DNA from: Clostridiales bacterium
GTDB lineage: Bacteria > Bacillota > Clostridia > Christensenellales > UBA1242
Assembly: GCA_015069325.1 (NCBI GenBank)
Contig: SVIV01000001.1
Coordinates: 168,052 to 232,051 of the forward strand
DNA: 64,000 nucleotides
Direction: 5' to 3'
The notes beneath the pieces were generated by a model. It ran no database searches. It worked only from the letters and a program-made list of their open reading frames with translations, and was not told where the DNA came from. The position numbers were made by a program, and so were the translations under genes. Numbering within the stretch: the first letter of the stretch is position 1; each line of letters opens with the position of its first letter. Shown here one piece after another: positions 39,201 through 48,353 of the stretch.

Positions 39201-42200
39201 ATTTGTAAGTTGTGAGTTTGCCATTGTTATTATTGCTAAATGTAAAGTAAAGCCAAGGGTCGTTGTTTAACGATAAATTTTTAAGAGCAAACTTTGGATT
39301 TGCATAAATATTATAGTTTTCGCTCAGTTCGTTATTATTTACATAAACTTCTTCATCGCCTTTATGAAGATAGGTGATTGCGTTGTGATCTTCTCCTGCC
39401 AAAAGGTAAACTAAATAAATAGTTTTATTTCCAGCCCAATCGGTTTCAATCAATTCGTAATAAGTGTTTGCAATGCTAGGAGCAGATGAATCTAATGAAA
39501 GCTGATTGAAGTTGTTTAAGTAAGAATATCTATCTGATTGAGTGTATTTTGTAATATCAGTAATTTGTCTGTAATAAACTTCACTTAAGATTGTTTTATT
39601 TAGTGATGCACCTTTTACAAATTTGATAAGATTTTCAAAATAATCTGCTTTAACTGTAAATGCATAATATTTGAATCGTCCTGAATCTACGTTTGAAATA
39701 TAACTTGCTTGAGTCTCTGCATCAAGATCTTCTTTTGAAAGTTCGTTGCCATTGTAGTCTAAGTAAACACGCATTTGTTTTTGTTGCATTTCAAATGAGA
39801 ATGTATCATTTGTTGAAGTTGCAACGTTTTGCATTAATTTGTTAAGATTTTCTGTTGGAGCAGAAGTATCAAAATAAATTGTTTTAACAGTTTTGTTGTA
39901 ATAACTTGCATTGTATCCTTCATACTGGAATGAAATCGTCAAACCGCTATCTTTGTATAAAGAAATGCAGTTTGTAAGTTCGATATAATAAGTATTTGTT
40001 CCTTCAATTTGCTTAATATCAGTAGGATTTACGTGAACACCTTGAATTAAGATTTCGTTTTTGTCAACTTTTGCGAGATATATGTTGCTAGGGTCAGTCC
40101 ATTTGATTGTAAGAGAATCTGAATTTGTATAGTAATCTTTGCCATCAACATCTACCTGTTCGAGTTTGTATCCATCTTGGTTGATAATGTCAAACTCAGG
40201 TTGAGATTTGGTTACCTTAAATGCAAAGCGATAACATTTATACATTGAAGAAAGTGGATCATTTCCGCTTTGATAGATTGTTACTTCATAAGTCCCTGGC
40301 TCTGAGAAATAAGTTACTTCATTTAAATATGTCCCACCAACGCTTGTTATCTCATAAAATTTAAGATAATCATTTCTTGTTTCATAATGATTAGCTGTTT
40401 GATCAAGTTTTGTGCTATAGAATTTTCTTTGACCGTTTGAACCAATAAATTCAATTTCACCACTAAGCTCATATTCGCTGATTGAAAGGGTGTTGAAAAG
40501 ATATTCTTTTGCTTCTGCTTCAGTTAGGCCACTTTCAATAACAAGATTATCGTGTGTAATTGTGTAAATTCCCGTTGCATCTTTTGTTACTTCTAAGTTA
40601 TGTCCAAAATTTGATAGTGCTTTGTTCATTTCCAAGATGAAGTTGTTGTCATCTTTTCCGTTGCTGTCTTCGTCATTCATATTAAATATACTTGCAATAG
40701 TATATTTGTATTTTGGAATATAAAGAGAAAGTGGAAGTTTGTTTGATGAAATACTTACGCTTACAGGATCAGTTTTCTTATTAAATGAATTTTTGGTATA
40801 GAATGAACCTGAATTCAATCCTTCTTCGTTATATCTAGGGAATTGAACAGCAATGTTTGATTGTCCTTCACCACTATAAACGTTTAAGACAATGTCTCCA
40901 CCAATTAAGTTTTCAAGTGTGGTATTTCTGCCATCAGAAACACTTGTTAAAGGTGAAATCAAACCGTTTGTATCAACATAGAATACAATTTGTCTTGAGA
41001 AGAAGTCGTAAGATTTTGTTAAGTTGTTTGTGTCAGCAGTGGAGCGGTATGTTCTGGTAAGTATATATTTTCCTGCGAGTGGCTCGTCAGTTTGTCCGAA
41101 ATTTAAAGGATTAGTTTGTTCTGCTCCAGCGGTATAACTAGTTTTGCTATCATATTTAAACAATGTCAATGAAAGCATAGGTGTATTTGAAATTGTATAA
41201 TAGAAGTAGTTATTCTCGTTTGCTTGCTGGTAAGGATAATATTCAACTGTTACTTCGTCAAGTTCTGTGCCTGCAGAAGATAGTGGAACATAGCTTACAA
41301 ATAATTCTTTTGTTGTATTGATTGATGGGAGATAACTAAATTTTTTTCTATAACCGGTTTCAGTGTTTAATGTTATTCCATCAGCTTCAACAGAGTCCGT
41401 TGTAAAAGAATAATCTGCTTTTTGATATAACGGAGCAATTTGAGAATAACTTTCAGCATCTAAATTGCCGTCAGCAGTATAAATCTTAAATTGAGAAAGG
41501 TCGCTGGTTATGTTGAAAGAAATGTAAGAACTTGGATAATATAAGTAAGCATAACTTGCATCTTGGAAATTGTAACTGTTGCTAGCATCGCGGATAAGTA
41601 TTTTGCAATTTCCTTCGTGTGCTTCTCCATTTTTAAAGAAGTTTACTTGATATGAGTAGTTTGCTTGAACTGTAGAGGAATAAGTTTTTGTTCTGTCTTT
41701 AACATAAACAGTGTTGCTAATTTCAGAAATAAAATAGTGTCCATTAAAACTTGATTCAGTAATTGATCTTACTTCTTTAGTATTCTTGTTAAAGAAAGTG
41801 GTTAAAGTTTCTTCAAATTCAGAATCATCAATAGTCTTGATTCCGCTGTATTGATAACCTTGATAACTTGCAAGATTTAAATCAGTTCCAAGATAGATCC
41901 CTTTATTTTTGCTCCATTCAATATACACATTTGTGTAGTCATCTCTAGGAACGGTGATGTTTGAGTTATTTTGAATGAGTTCGTAAGAGAGTGTATTACC
42001 ATCAGTAGTTTTAATGAAAACAGGGGAAGTATTATCTATCATAAATACTTCAAAAGTGTAGTTGCCAGCTTGGTCATAGACTTGTAAAATATAAATACCA
42101 TTGTCAGTTCGGATATTTGTTGCTGGGATGTTGATGGAATATTTTGCAGAGTTTGTATATTCATTCCATTCAGATACTTCAGCTAAATTGATTTTGTATG

Positions 42201-44592
42201 TTACAGGAAGCATATTTGCAGATGAAAGTAATTGATAAATTGTTTCTGATTGGGTATCTTTATCTGTCGAATAACATTCATTTTTTTCAAATGGTATGTA
42301 TTTTAAATATCCATAAGTGGTTGCACCGCTATCTTTTTCAGCCCAACTAATTGCAATAGGTCTGTTTGTAACGTGAGAATTTTGAATAGCGTCTGCTAAA
42401 ATATAATTAGATGATGTAGTTTCGTTTGCATTATATGCAGTTACATTGTCAATTACTTTTGTATCAATTGTGAAGGTTTGAATGCTTGGATTCTCTGTTG
42501 CCTTAGAATTAATTGTGATAGTAAAGTTTGCATTAGCATAAGAAGCTGTATTTTTGATAAGAATTCCGGATTTAGTTTCTTCATCAGTCCCGTTGAATTT
42601 AAGTGTAAATTGGCCATACGCTAAGTTGTTGTCAATTGATTGCAAATTAGTTATTGCTACATCTTTAAAATAATAGGTGTCGTTTACATAGTTGTAAGCA
42701 GAAAGTGTAATGTTTACTTTGGCGTCGAAATCATTAGCGTCTGCTTCATTTATAATGAATACGTTTTTATTTGTAAATTCTCGTGTGTAGAGTTCAGTAA
42801 AGTTGTTGTATCTTTCGCTTTCAATAAGAGCAGTTTCATTTTCATCAGCACTATATACCGTTACAGCAGGTGCTTTGTTTGTGATTGTAAAGTAGAAAAT
42901 TTGATAGTGATAGTGGCTGGCTTGAGAAATCCCTGCTTCTGACATATACTGATCAAATTGATATTGCATTATATAAACATAAGTTCCTGCAGTGTTTTGA
43001 TTGAAACCTGTGAATGCTTTTGTAGCTGTGAGAATTTTGATTTTTGGGCCAGTTGGATCGGCTGGATTATCTACTTCTACTACTTTATAGAAAGCACTTT
43101 TTGTGTCTGCAGCATTACCTGTAATTAAATTAGAATTTGTTACAAATTTTACAGGTGGTTGATTTGTTGATACTGGCTCTTTTGCATCAGACGATTTAAG
43201 ATAATTTGTTACATAGCGTTCTAAATTTGTTAAAGTAAAAGCGGTAGAACTATGAATTGCTTCTTTTGTGGCAATCCCATTTGCTTTATTTACTAAACTT
43301 GTGATATCTGCAGTCTTTGTATATTTGCTTTCGTTAAAATCAAATTTTTTAAGTTCGCTATCTTTAGGTTGGTTTGTTTCTTCATTCTGGTTTTCATAGT
43401 CTGCGTGAAGCGCTTGATATCCATAAACGAAAACCTTTTGTGATTTATTGAGAAGTTGTGAGTCTGTTAAATTTTCATCAAGTGGAAGCTCGTAAGTGAT
43501 TGTAGTTTCATCAGTCTCTGAAATATATAAGTATTCAAAATTGATGTCGTAACTTCCAAGGTCGATGAAAGTGATTTTCGCTTTTCCGCCATTATCTAGT
43601 CTTGCATCAATTGAAATCTTATCTGTTAGTTGTTTTCCCGAAGCATCAAGCGTAAGAATCTTGCCGTTTTGATATTCGATGAAGTAGTCAAAGGTGTTGT
43701 CATCTATGTTTGTGTAATGAACATTAATTTTAAAGTGTTTATAATCGTAAGTTAACGATGGAAGAGTATTTGTATCAAAAGATGAATAGTTGTAGTAATA
43801 ATATGTTGAATATGTTTCTGAAGATATCAATGTTGCCCTGTCAAGATTATTTGAAAATGTTACGTTTTGGATTCCGGAAGAAGTAAAATAAGTGTCAGCA
43901 TTGAAAATCATAAATGTATAATTCAAAACTTTGTTTTCTAAAATTGTCCAAGTTTCACCCGCGTTGTTTGTGTAATAAACTATTGTTGGAATACAAAGAG
44001 TATAAAGACCTTCTGAGTTTAAAGTTATTTTATTTCCAGTTACATCAATATCGGCATTTGATGTATTAAGATCAAATAAAATATTTAATTTTTTAGGTGT
44101 AAATGATGCGCCTTCTGAAATGGCAAATGCACCTTGCGAAACGAAGTTTGAAATGCTTGCTCCGTCGAGTAAGTTTGTAGATTTTTCTCCACTTGCAATT
44201 TGAACGTTTGATTTATCTTTATAAAGTGAAAGAGATGAAGTGAAGTCAAAGTAATAATATTCAGTAGGGCTTTCGCCTTCTTCTACTTTTTGAGTAAAGT
44301 AAGCAGGGTTTTCTTCGTGACTTTCATTTTTAATGGTTTGCAAGTTTGCTATTGACAATTCCATTTTTGTTTGTGCATTAAGCAAAAAGATATCCTTGAT
44401 ATCTTGTCCACTTAAAGTATTGACTGTTAAATAATCGGGCAAATTATTATCAATTTGCGTGAAAGATGAAAAATCTGCAGACGCTATATCGTATGCTTCT
44501 TTTTGACCTAGTGTGAGATAGCTTGCAGAAATAATGCCTGTAAAACAAAGCAGGATAAAAAGGTAATTAAATATTCTTTTTATTTTTTTCAT
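36211..44592 (-). CDS. Giant cell-surface protein (about 2,793 aa) with N-terminal signal peptide and C-terminal TM anchor
   Basis: The track ORF extends to 44658. I prefer ATG at complement 44590-44592 (MKKIKRIFNYLFILLCFTGIISASY..., AGAGAGG RBS). N/T/Y/S-rich, beta-type sequence throughout. It ends ...NDPLNTFAILAIVLGVIAFSAVVFITIKLRKRQKVK, a TM helix plus basic tail with no LPXTG. Confidence 0.85.
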   Translation of the reverse strand: MKKIKRIFNYLFILLCFTGIISASYLTLGQKEAYDIASADFSSFTQIDNNLPDYLTVNTLSGQDIKDIFLLNAQTKMELSIANLQTIKNESHEENPAYFTQKVEEGESPTEYYYFDFTSSLSLYKDKSNVQIASGEKSTNLLDGASISNFVSQGAFAISEGASFTPKKLNILFDLNTSNADIDVTGNKITLNSEGLYTLCIPTIVYYTNNAGETWTILENKVLNYTFMIFNADTYFTSSGIQNVTFSNNLDRATLISSETYSTYYYYNYSSFDTNTLPSLTYDYKHFKINVHYTNIDDNTFDYFIEYQNGKILTLDASGKQLTDKISIDARLDNGGKAKITFIDLGSYDINFEYLYISETDETTITYELPLDENLTDSQLLNKSQKVFVYGYQALHADYENQNEETNQPKDSELKKFDFNESKYTKTADITSLVNKANGIATKEAIHSSTAFTLTNLERYVTNYLKSSDAKEPVSTNQPPVKFVTNSNLITGNAADTKSAFYKVVEVDNPADPTGPKIKILTATKAFTGFNQNTAGTYVYIMQYQFDQYMSEAGISQASHYHYQIFYFTITNKAPAVTVYSADENETALIESERYNNFTELYTREFTNKNVFIINEADANDFDAKVNITLSAYNYVNDTYYFKDVAITNLQSIDNNLAYGQFTLKFNGTDEETKSGILIKNTASYANANFTITINSKATENPSIQTFTIDTKVIDNVTAYNANETTSSNYILADAIQNSHVTNRPIAISWAEKDSGATTYGYLKYIPFEKNECYSTDKDTQSETIYQLLSSANMLPVTYKINLAEVSEWNEYTNSAKYSINIPATNIRTDNGIYILQVYDQAGNYTFEVFMIDNTSPVFIKTTDGNTLSYELIQNNSNITVPRDDYTNVYIEWSKNKGIYLGTDLNLASYQGYQYSGIKTIDDSEFEETLTTFFNKNTKEVRSITESSFNGHYFISEISNTVYVKDRTKTYSSTVQANYSYQVNFFKNGEAHEGNCKILIRDASNSYNFQDASYAYLYYPSSYISFNITSDLSQFKIYTADGNLDAESYSQIAPLYQKADYSFTTDSVEADGITLNTETGYRKKFSYLPSINTTKELFVSYVPLSSAGTELDEVTVEYYPYQQANENNYFYYTISNTPMLSLTLFKYDSKTSYTAGAEQTNPLNFGQTDEPLAGKYILTRTYRSTADTNNLTKSYDFFSRQIVFYVDTNGLISPLTSVSDGRNTTLENLIGGDIVLNVYSGEGQSNIAVQFPRYNEEGLNSGSFYTKNSFNKKTDPVSVSISSNKLPLSLYIPKYKYTIASIFNMNDEDSNGKDDNNFILEMNKALSNFGHNLEVTKDATGIYTITHDNLVIESGLTEAEAKEYLFNTLSISEYELSGEIEFIGSNGQRKFYSTKLDQTANHYETRNDYLKFYEITSVGGTYLNEVTYFSEPGTYEVTIYQSGNDPLSSMYKCYRFAFKVTKSQPEFDIINQDGYKLEQVDVDGKDYYTNSDSLTIKWTDPSNIYLAKVDKNEILIQGVHVNPTDIKQIEGTNTYYIELTNCISLYKDSGLTISFQYEGYNASYYNKTVKTIYFDTSAPTENLNKLMQNVATSTNDTFSFEMQQKQMRVYLDYNGNELSKEDLDAETQASYISNVDSGRFKYYAFTVKADYFENLIKFVKGASLNKTILSEVYYRQITDITKYTQSDRYSYLNNFNQLSLDSSAPSIANTYYELIETDWAGNKTIYLVYLLAGEDHNAITYLHKGDEEVYVNNNELSENYNIYANPKFALKNLSLNNDPWLYFTFSNNNNGKLTTYKYFKSPFLSENVVYKITYSNGIASYSEESLENVTTINTSSNDKHILTLSNQLTGAEQLCYITVLDSSLVIAKETGGVQNDEAKIGINIPSTQQMQSTSKGYVYPVNITIQTYLGEWKDFASFSQTSFGVWTADDETNSNNEFIAISTASSATINKLLVSAKSIGENTRVKFIITDNFNNEQSIIILTGSNAEEEIKSDSKIYTVYDVDGTSYVSNKALYYTYNPAIYTASIIEGDVYFNVGYHNGVKGKIELLPNTNSYYNGYIKIELRDIDGAATDKPIKTVYLRILNTLPNINKESNNSSNDITNENYGIVFLDKNHKNIGSDNIKADNDANPILLNLYKDGKLYSGPATTITTYSRNVTIQFPNGLYVHNASYTEAYNKVLTFSIFLSSDNGNTWENINGVETLNQYISHRISGIGTYYILITYNDETLLSNTYKMFELTILDSESSYYYITIDGQQATKSNGIKYKDASGQEYEVTYIVSLDYTDKKNSLVIHLNKELNVECTKTTTIYNGNIITGTDDPEVSRGTVVTEIYTFSCSEAKGDFVLIYISPTSNIANTVTYELPSGETISLKNGSNAFIVADKDTEGNFNKLKISFSTYFEIEQNVLIPVVYKIHNNNPVKLDLQPKQSKTSNISYIEIDMAGTYYLQLLDSCTPANSQAFNGATYNGYEFVEITFLSSVPFEVITTNDAGEEIVTAPIQKAVYNSEVKLKLTNTSSYYLPSALITIKATRNGEEIKVTPENNTYSFSQPGYYKVSFSAVSSTNIPIREETFTFTIVNKNESRYAFEFSEYSNYYIENVMKDGKDVTQDLIDFNNFKTIVIGNNVYLSSITLNHLDEKTGDGRYQITINTNNPQYSAIIGESFTFSLWINMAKPPVYVSVSEGSTTTSNITIKINVANFYKTVGDCYIKIGNLRKDYTNENIETYGEVDTITLSGAGTYYIQVYTQGGYLLYSYKVIKNDPLNTFAILAIVLGVIAFSAVVFITIKLRKRQKVK

Positions 44593-44891
44593 AAAGACCT
44601 CTCTTTTTAATATTTTAATTTTAGCATAGTTGCAACAAAAATCAAAATAAAATGACAAAATAGTATATAATATTTATATATATTAATATAAACATTTAAT
44701 TATTTTTTAATCCTTGAAAATGCGAAAGAACAAATGATTTCATAAATTGTTTTTGAAATTAAATAATTGATAAAAAAGTGTTAAAAAATACTAAAAAAAT
44801 CAAGAAATATATCGATTTTTCGACAACATTGCAAAAAATAAATAAAAATATTAATTTGTCGCAAAATAATTATATTGCATAAAATGTTATT

Positions 44892-45141
44892 ATGAAAACA
44901 ATATCTTGGTGTATGATTGTTAAAAATGAAGAAGATTTATTAAATGAGTGTAAAAAAATTAAATGAATATGCAGATGAAATTATAATAATAGATACAGGC
45001 TCGCAAGATAAAACTAAAAATGTTGCAAATTTATATACAGATAAGTTGTTTGATTTTGAGTGGTGTGATGATTTTTCGAAGGCTCGAAATTACAGTTTTT
45101 CAAAAGCGACCTGTGAGTATGTTATTGCCATTCAAAAATAG
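44892..45141 (+). pseudogene. Decayed family-2 glycosyltransferase (frameshifted in an A7 tract and 3'-truncated)
   Basis: Frame 1 reads MKTISWCMIVKNEEDLLNECKKIK*. The next frame continues KKLNEYADEIIIIDTGSQDKTKNVANLYTDKLFDFEWCDDFSKARNYSFSKATCEYV, then stops before the DxD region. Removing one A from the A7 run at 44952-44958 joins the two frames. Confidence 0.6.
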
Positions 45142-45244
45142 GAGACAATGATAGCGCATATTATTATCATTGCAAGTCAAAAGAATACAAGTCAAGTCAT
45201 TTTAAAGTTAAACATAATGAAATGTTTTTTAAAGAGATATTAAC

Positions 45245-45274
45245 AAAAAACAAGCAGTCAAATTAAGACTGCTT
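45245..45274 (-). terminator. Intrinsic terminator after the nucleoside hydrolase gene
   Basis: Minus strand: AAGCAGTC ttaattt GACTGCTT followed by GTTTTTT. Confidence 0.65.
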
Positions 45275-45277
45275 TAT

Positions 45278-46207
45278 TTAAAATTTTAAGTTGCTAAGAT
45301 CTTTAAGCATTTTTGTTAATACTTTTAAAAACTTCTTTCGTTTGACATCAACTACGACTTTGACATTTCCTTTTTTATTAAAGTGCGCAAAAGTTTTTCC
45401 AGGCTCTTTATCGCAATCTACAGTTATGTCTGCTGATTTTGCTTTAAAAAATTTTGGGTGAACAATATACATATACGCGCAGGTGTCGTTTGTTGCGATG
45501 CGTTTGTCTGGGAATCCTCTTTCCCAATATTCGCTATACATTTGTGCGAGAAAATTTCCCAACGGATTTGTATCTCTCATTTGGTAAACATATTCTTCTG
45601 TAAGGTGAGCTTTGCGTCTGCCGATATGAGAAGGCACCATCACGAGTGGGATCCCACTCTCTAAAACGATTTTAAATGCTTCGGGATCAGAAGAAATATT
45701 GAAAGAAATATGGTCTGGAAAACCTGGAATGCCAAATGGAGATCCGCCCATAAATACAATCCTAGGAATTTTTCTGATGATGTCTGGGTGTTTGGTGAAC
45801 AGAGTGCCGACATTGGTGTGTGGGCCAAGGATAAGAAGCTCAATATCTCCATTGCCTTCTTTTAAGACTTTATACATTGCTTCAACTGCATCTTCTTTAA
45901 GGATTTGATGTTGTGTGGTTTTTGGTGGAATATATCCCCCCATACCTTCTTTTTTATGCACGTGTTCAGCGGTTTTGCTGGTTCGTGTCAATGCCTTTTC
46001 AGCTCCTTGTGCAACAGGTATGTCAATTCTGAGTTTGTCTAAAATATGAAGGGCGTTTCTAGTTGCTGTTTGAATTTTTACATTTCCTACAACGGTAGTA
46101 ATAAGTTGAATATCAAGTCTTTTGTCGTAGAGTGCAAAAACGAGACCTGCAGTATCATCAACGCCGGGATCGGTATCTATAATTACTTTAGTTTTTTTGT
46201 ATTTCAT
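45278..46207 (-). CDS. Inosine/uridine-preferring nucleoside hydrolase family protein
   Basis: 309 aa. N-terminal Ca-binding signature IIDTDPGVDDTAGL. Typical length and GPHTN segment. Confidence 0.85.
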   Translation of the reverse strand: MKYKKTKVIIDTDPGVDDTAGLVFALYDKRLDIQLITTVVGNVKIQTATRNALHILDKLRIDIPVAQGAEKALTRTSKTAEHVHKKEGMGGYIPPKTTQHQILKEDAVEAMYKVLKEGNGDIELLILGPHTNVGTLFTKHPDIIRKIPRIVFMGGSPFGIPGFPDHISFNISSDPEAFKIVLESGIPLVMVPSHIGRRKAHLTEEYVYQMRDTNPLGNFLAQMYSEYWERGFPDKRIATNDTCAYMYIVHPKFFKAKSADITVDCDKEPGKTFAHFNKKGNVKVVVDVKRKKFLKVLTKMLKDLSNLKF

Positions 46208-46290
46208 AATGTGTCCTTTTTTAATATTTATTCCTATAATTTTAGTATAGTGAAAAAAATAAAAAAAAGCAAACGATTTTAGTCTAATTG

Positions 46291-46319
46291 TTGCATTTTA
46301 AAAGAAATAGTGATAAAAT
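46291..46319 (+). promoter_or_regulatory. Sigma-A-type promoter for tRNA-Ser
   Basis: TTGCAT, 17 nt, TAAAAT, with an upstream TG. Confidence 0.5.
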
Positions 46320-46329
46320 GATTGAGAAT

Positions 46330-46420
46330 GGAGATGTATCGAAGTGGTCATAACGAGGTGCACTCGAAATGCATTTATCAGGAAACTGATACGGGGGTTC
46401 GAATCCCTCCATCTCCGCCA
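46330..46420 (+). tRNA. tRNA-Ser (anticodon CGA)
   Basis: 91 nt. Acceptor GGAGATG/CATCTCC plus G and CCA. Anticodon arm GTGCA CTCGAAA TGCAT. Long variable arm TTATCAGGAAACTGATA. T-arm GGGGGTTCGAATCCCTC. Confidence 0.9.
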
Positions 46421-46477
46421 AAAAATGTTTTCAAAATCACGGTAATTGGGTGTAGTGAACAAATAAAGGGAGAAAAA

Positions 46478-47002
46478 ATGAGTATTGTAAAGTCTTTTGA
46501 TGGTAATATGATTGATGTAGGCGATTGTATGGGGTGCGCAAAAGCTCAAGCCAAAGAAGACACAAAGATTAATTCGGGTAAAATTTTAAGGACGAAAAAT
46601 TTTGATGTGTCGCAAGATTTTGAGTTGCCTATAAATGGCTTTATTGTAATTGGCAGTCTTAGGCATATTGAAAGTATAAATGAGATGACGGTTGATGAAA
46701 AACAAGAATTGATTATTCTTATAGATATTGTTATTTCTAGTTTGAAGAAAATCAATGTTTGCAGTCAGTATAATGTTGTTTGGGAAGAAAAAGATGGTAA
46801 TCATTTTCATGTTTGGCTGGTTCCGAGACATTCATATCTTCGCGATATTATCGGCACAAATATTATGAAAAAAATAGGAGAACTTTTTGATTATGCGAAA
46901 AAGAATCTTCGCACGGACGAAAATATAAATGAAATTTATACTACAATTAAAAAATTACAAGAAGAATTAAAAAACAATAAAACAATACAAGAATTATTGT
47001 AA
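46478..47002 (+). CDS. HIT-superfamily-like protein
   Basis: The track ORF (from 46322) overlaps the tRNA. I trimmed it to ATG 46478 (GGGAGAAAAA RBS). CMGCAKAQ (CxxC) near the N-terminus and a degenerate histidine triad, NHFHVWLVPRH. Confidence 0.55.
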   Translation: MSIVKSFDGNMIDVGDCMGCAKAQAKEDTKINSGKILRTKNFDVSQDFELPINGFIVIGSLRHIESINEMTVDEKQELIILIDIVISSLKKINVCSQYNVVWEEKDGNHFHVWLVPRHSYLRDIIGTNIMKKIGELFDYAKKNLRTDENINEIYTTIKKLQEELKNNKTIQELL

Positions 47003-47030
47003 ATAATATTAAAATACAAAAAAAGAGCAG

Positions 47031-47681
47031 TTATTTGCTCTTTTTTGTTAGTTTTTTATAGTTTTTTATGCAATTTTCACACATTAATGATAGTTGTTGT
47101 TTGTGTTGTTTGTTAAAATCTCCAATGACTGCATAACATTTTATGCCTAAACTTGATGCATTGGTGAGAGAACTTACAGAGTCTTCAAAGAATGCAATGT
47201 TTTCAGGCTTTGTTTTGAGTTGTTTTAATATGTTATGAAAGAAGGTTATGTTTCTTTTTGACACGTTTGTGTTGGCTTCGGTAAATATATAATCAAATAT
47301 GTCGATATTGAAATGCTGTAAAGCGGTTTTTAATAAAGAATCTTGTGTTGCTGATGCCAAAACGAGAGTTTTTCCTTCAGTTTTTAGTTTTAAAAGAAAT
47401 TCTTTTGCTCCTTTAATCATTTTTATTTTGTTTAGGTAGTGCTTGCTCATTAATTTTTCCCAAGCGCTATATACATCATTGCAAGTTGCGTCAATTTGAG
47501 CTAGTTTTATAAATTCTTCAGCAGTTTCTTTTATGGTGATTCCTAATCTTATTTGGGACATACGTTTGTTTGGTTTCTTTCCAAAAAACCAAAAAGTTTC
47601 TTTATCTAAAACTTTGTGCCAAAATTTAAGCGATTTGACTAAAGTGTTGTCAAAGTCAAACATTATAATTTGATGTTCCAT
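47031..47681 (-). CDS. HAD-superfamily hydrolase
   Basis: 216 aa. Motif I MFDFDNTLV, motif II-like LASAT, C-terminal FEDSVSS. The RBS is embedded in the 14-bp palindrome TCTCCTATAGGAGA. Confidence 0.75.
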   Translation of the reverse strand: MEHQIIMFDFDNTLVKSLKFWHKVLDKETFWFFGKKPNKRMSQIRLGITIKETAEEFIKLAQIDATCNDVYSAWEKLMSKHYLNKIKMIKGAKEFLLKLKTEGKTLVLASATQDSLLKTALQHFNIDIFDYIFTEANTNVSKRNITFFHNILKQLKTKPENIAFFEDSVSSLTNASSLGIKCYAVIGDFNKQHKQQLSLMCENCIKNYKKLTKKSK

Positions 47682-47894
47682 TTTATTCTCCTATAGGAGA
47701 TTTTAACATCTAAAGCGAAAAAAACAAAGAAAAAATAGCTTTTTCATTAAAAAATTGGCGCTTTTTGTTTCATTTTCTTCTGTGCTGGTTACTTCAAGAT
47801 TGTAATTTATTTCATATGTGCCTTAAGTGAGAATTGTTATTTCATTTTTAAATGCCTAATACATACTATGATTGGCTTAGGAATGTTGTGCGCG

Positions 47895-48302
47895 CTATGA
47901 TAACAAAAAATTAATGTTGTTTTTGATAATAATTATAAGCCTATTATATTCAGGTATATTAATTGCTTTTTCAATATTTGATATGAGATATTGTGCCTGT
48001 TTTAATTCGTCTCCTTTTAATTCTCGGCTGAAATTTGCAAGTTCTAAGGGAGAAGCAAAAAGAGAATAAAATAGATTTGAAATCAACAATTCTGTTTCGT
48101 CACATATATTCAATCTTTGTTCGTCCTCTTCGCTATCTTTTAAAAGTGCAATTAAATCATAAAGAGATTGCATATCTTTTTTTATGGTATCAATTAAAAT
48201 GCTTTCTGCTTGAATGTTGACTTTTTGAGAAAAAACGCTTTGAGATTTTGTCAATTCATATCTTTCACAAAGCCTATTATAACTACAAAAAAACTTGTGC
48301 AT
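47895..48302 (-). CDS. Hypothetical helical protein (135 aa)
   Basis: AAAGGAG RBS, 51 nt downstream of the two-TM protein gene with no terminator between them. No motif recognised. Confidence 0.45.
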   Translation of the reverse strand: MHKFFCSYNRLCERYELTKSQSVFSQKVNIQAESILIDTIKKDMQSLYDLIALLKDSEEDEQRLNICDETELLISNLFYSLFASPLELANFSRELKGDELKQAQYLISNIEKAINIPEYNRLIIIIKNNINFLLS

Positions 48303-48353
48303 TAGATTTCTCCTTTACACAAGTTTTATATGAATTTTAAATTTGTTTTGTTC

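Noticed and set aside
46322-46477. N-terminal extension of the 226-aa track ORF
   Set aside because: This part overlaps tRNA-Ser(CGA) on the same strand. The real CDS most likely starts at ATG 46478, which has an RBS.
47682-47894. 213-bp spacer between the HAD gene and the 135-aa protein gene, considered as a possible ncRNA
   Set aside because: It has only weak, short complementarities and no convincing promoter and terminator pair. The 14-bp palindrome TCTCCTATAGGAGA is simply the HAD RBS region. There is not enough evidence to call an RNA gene.
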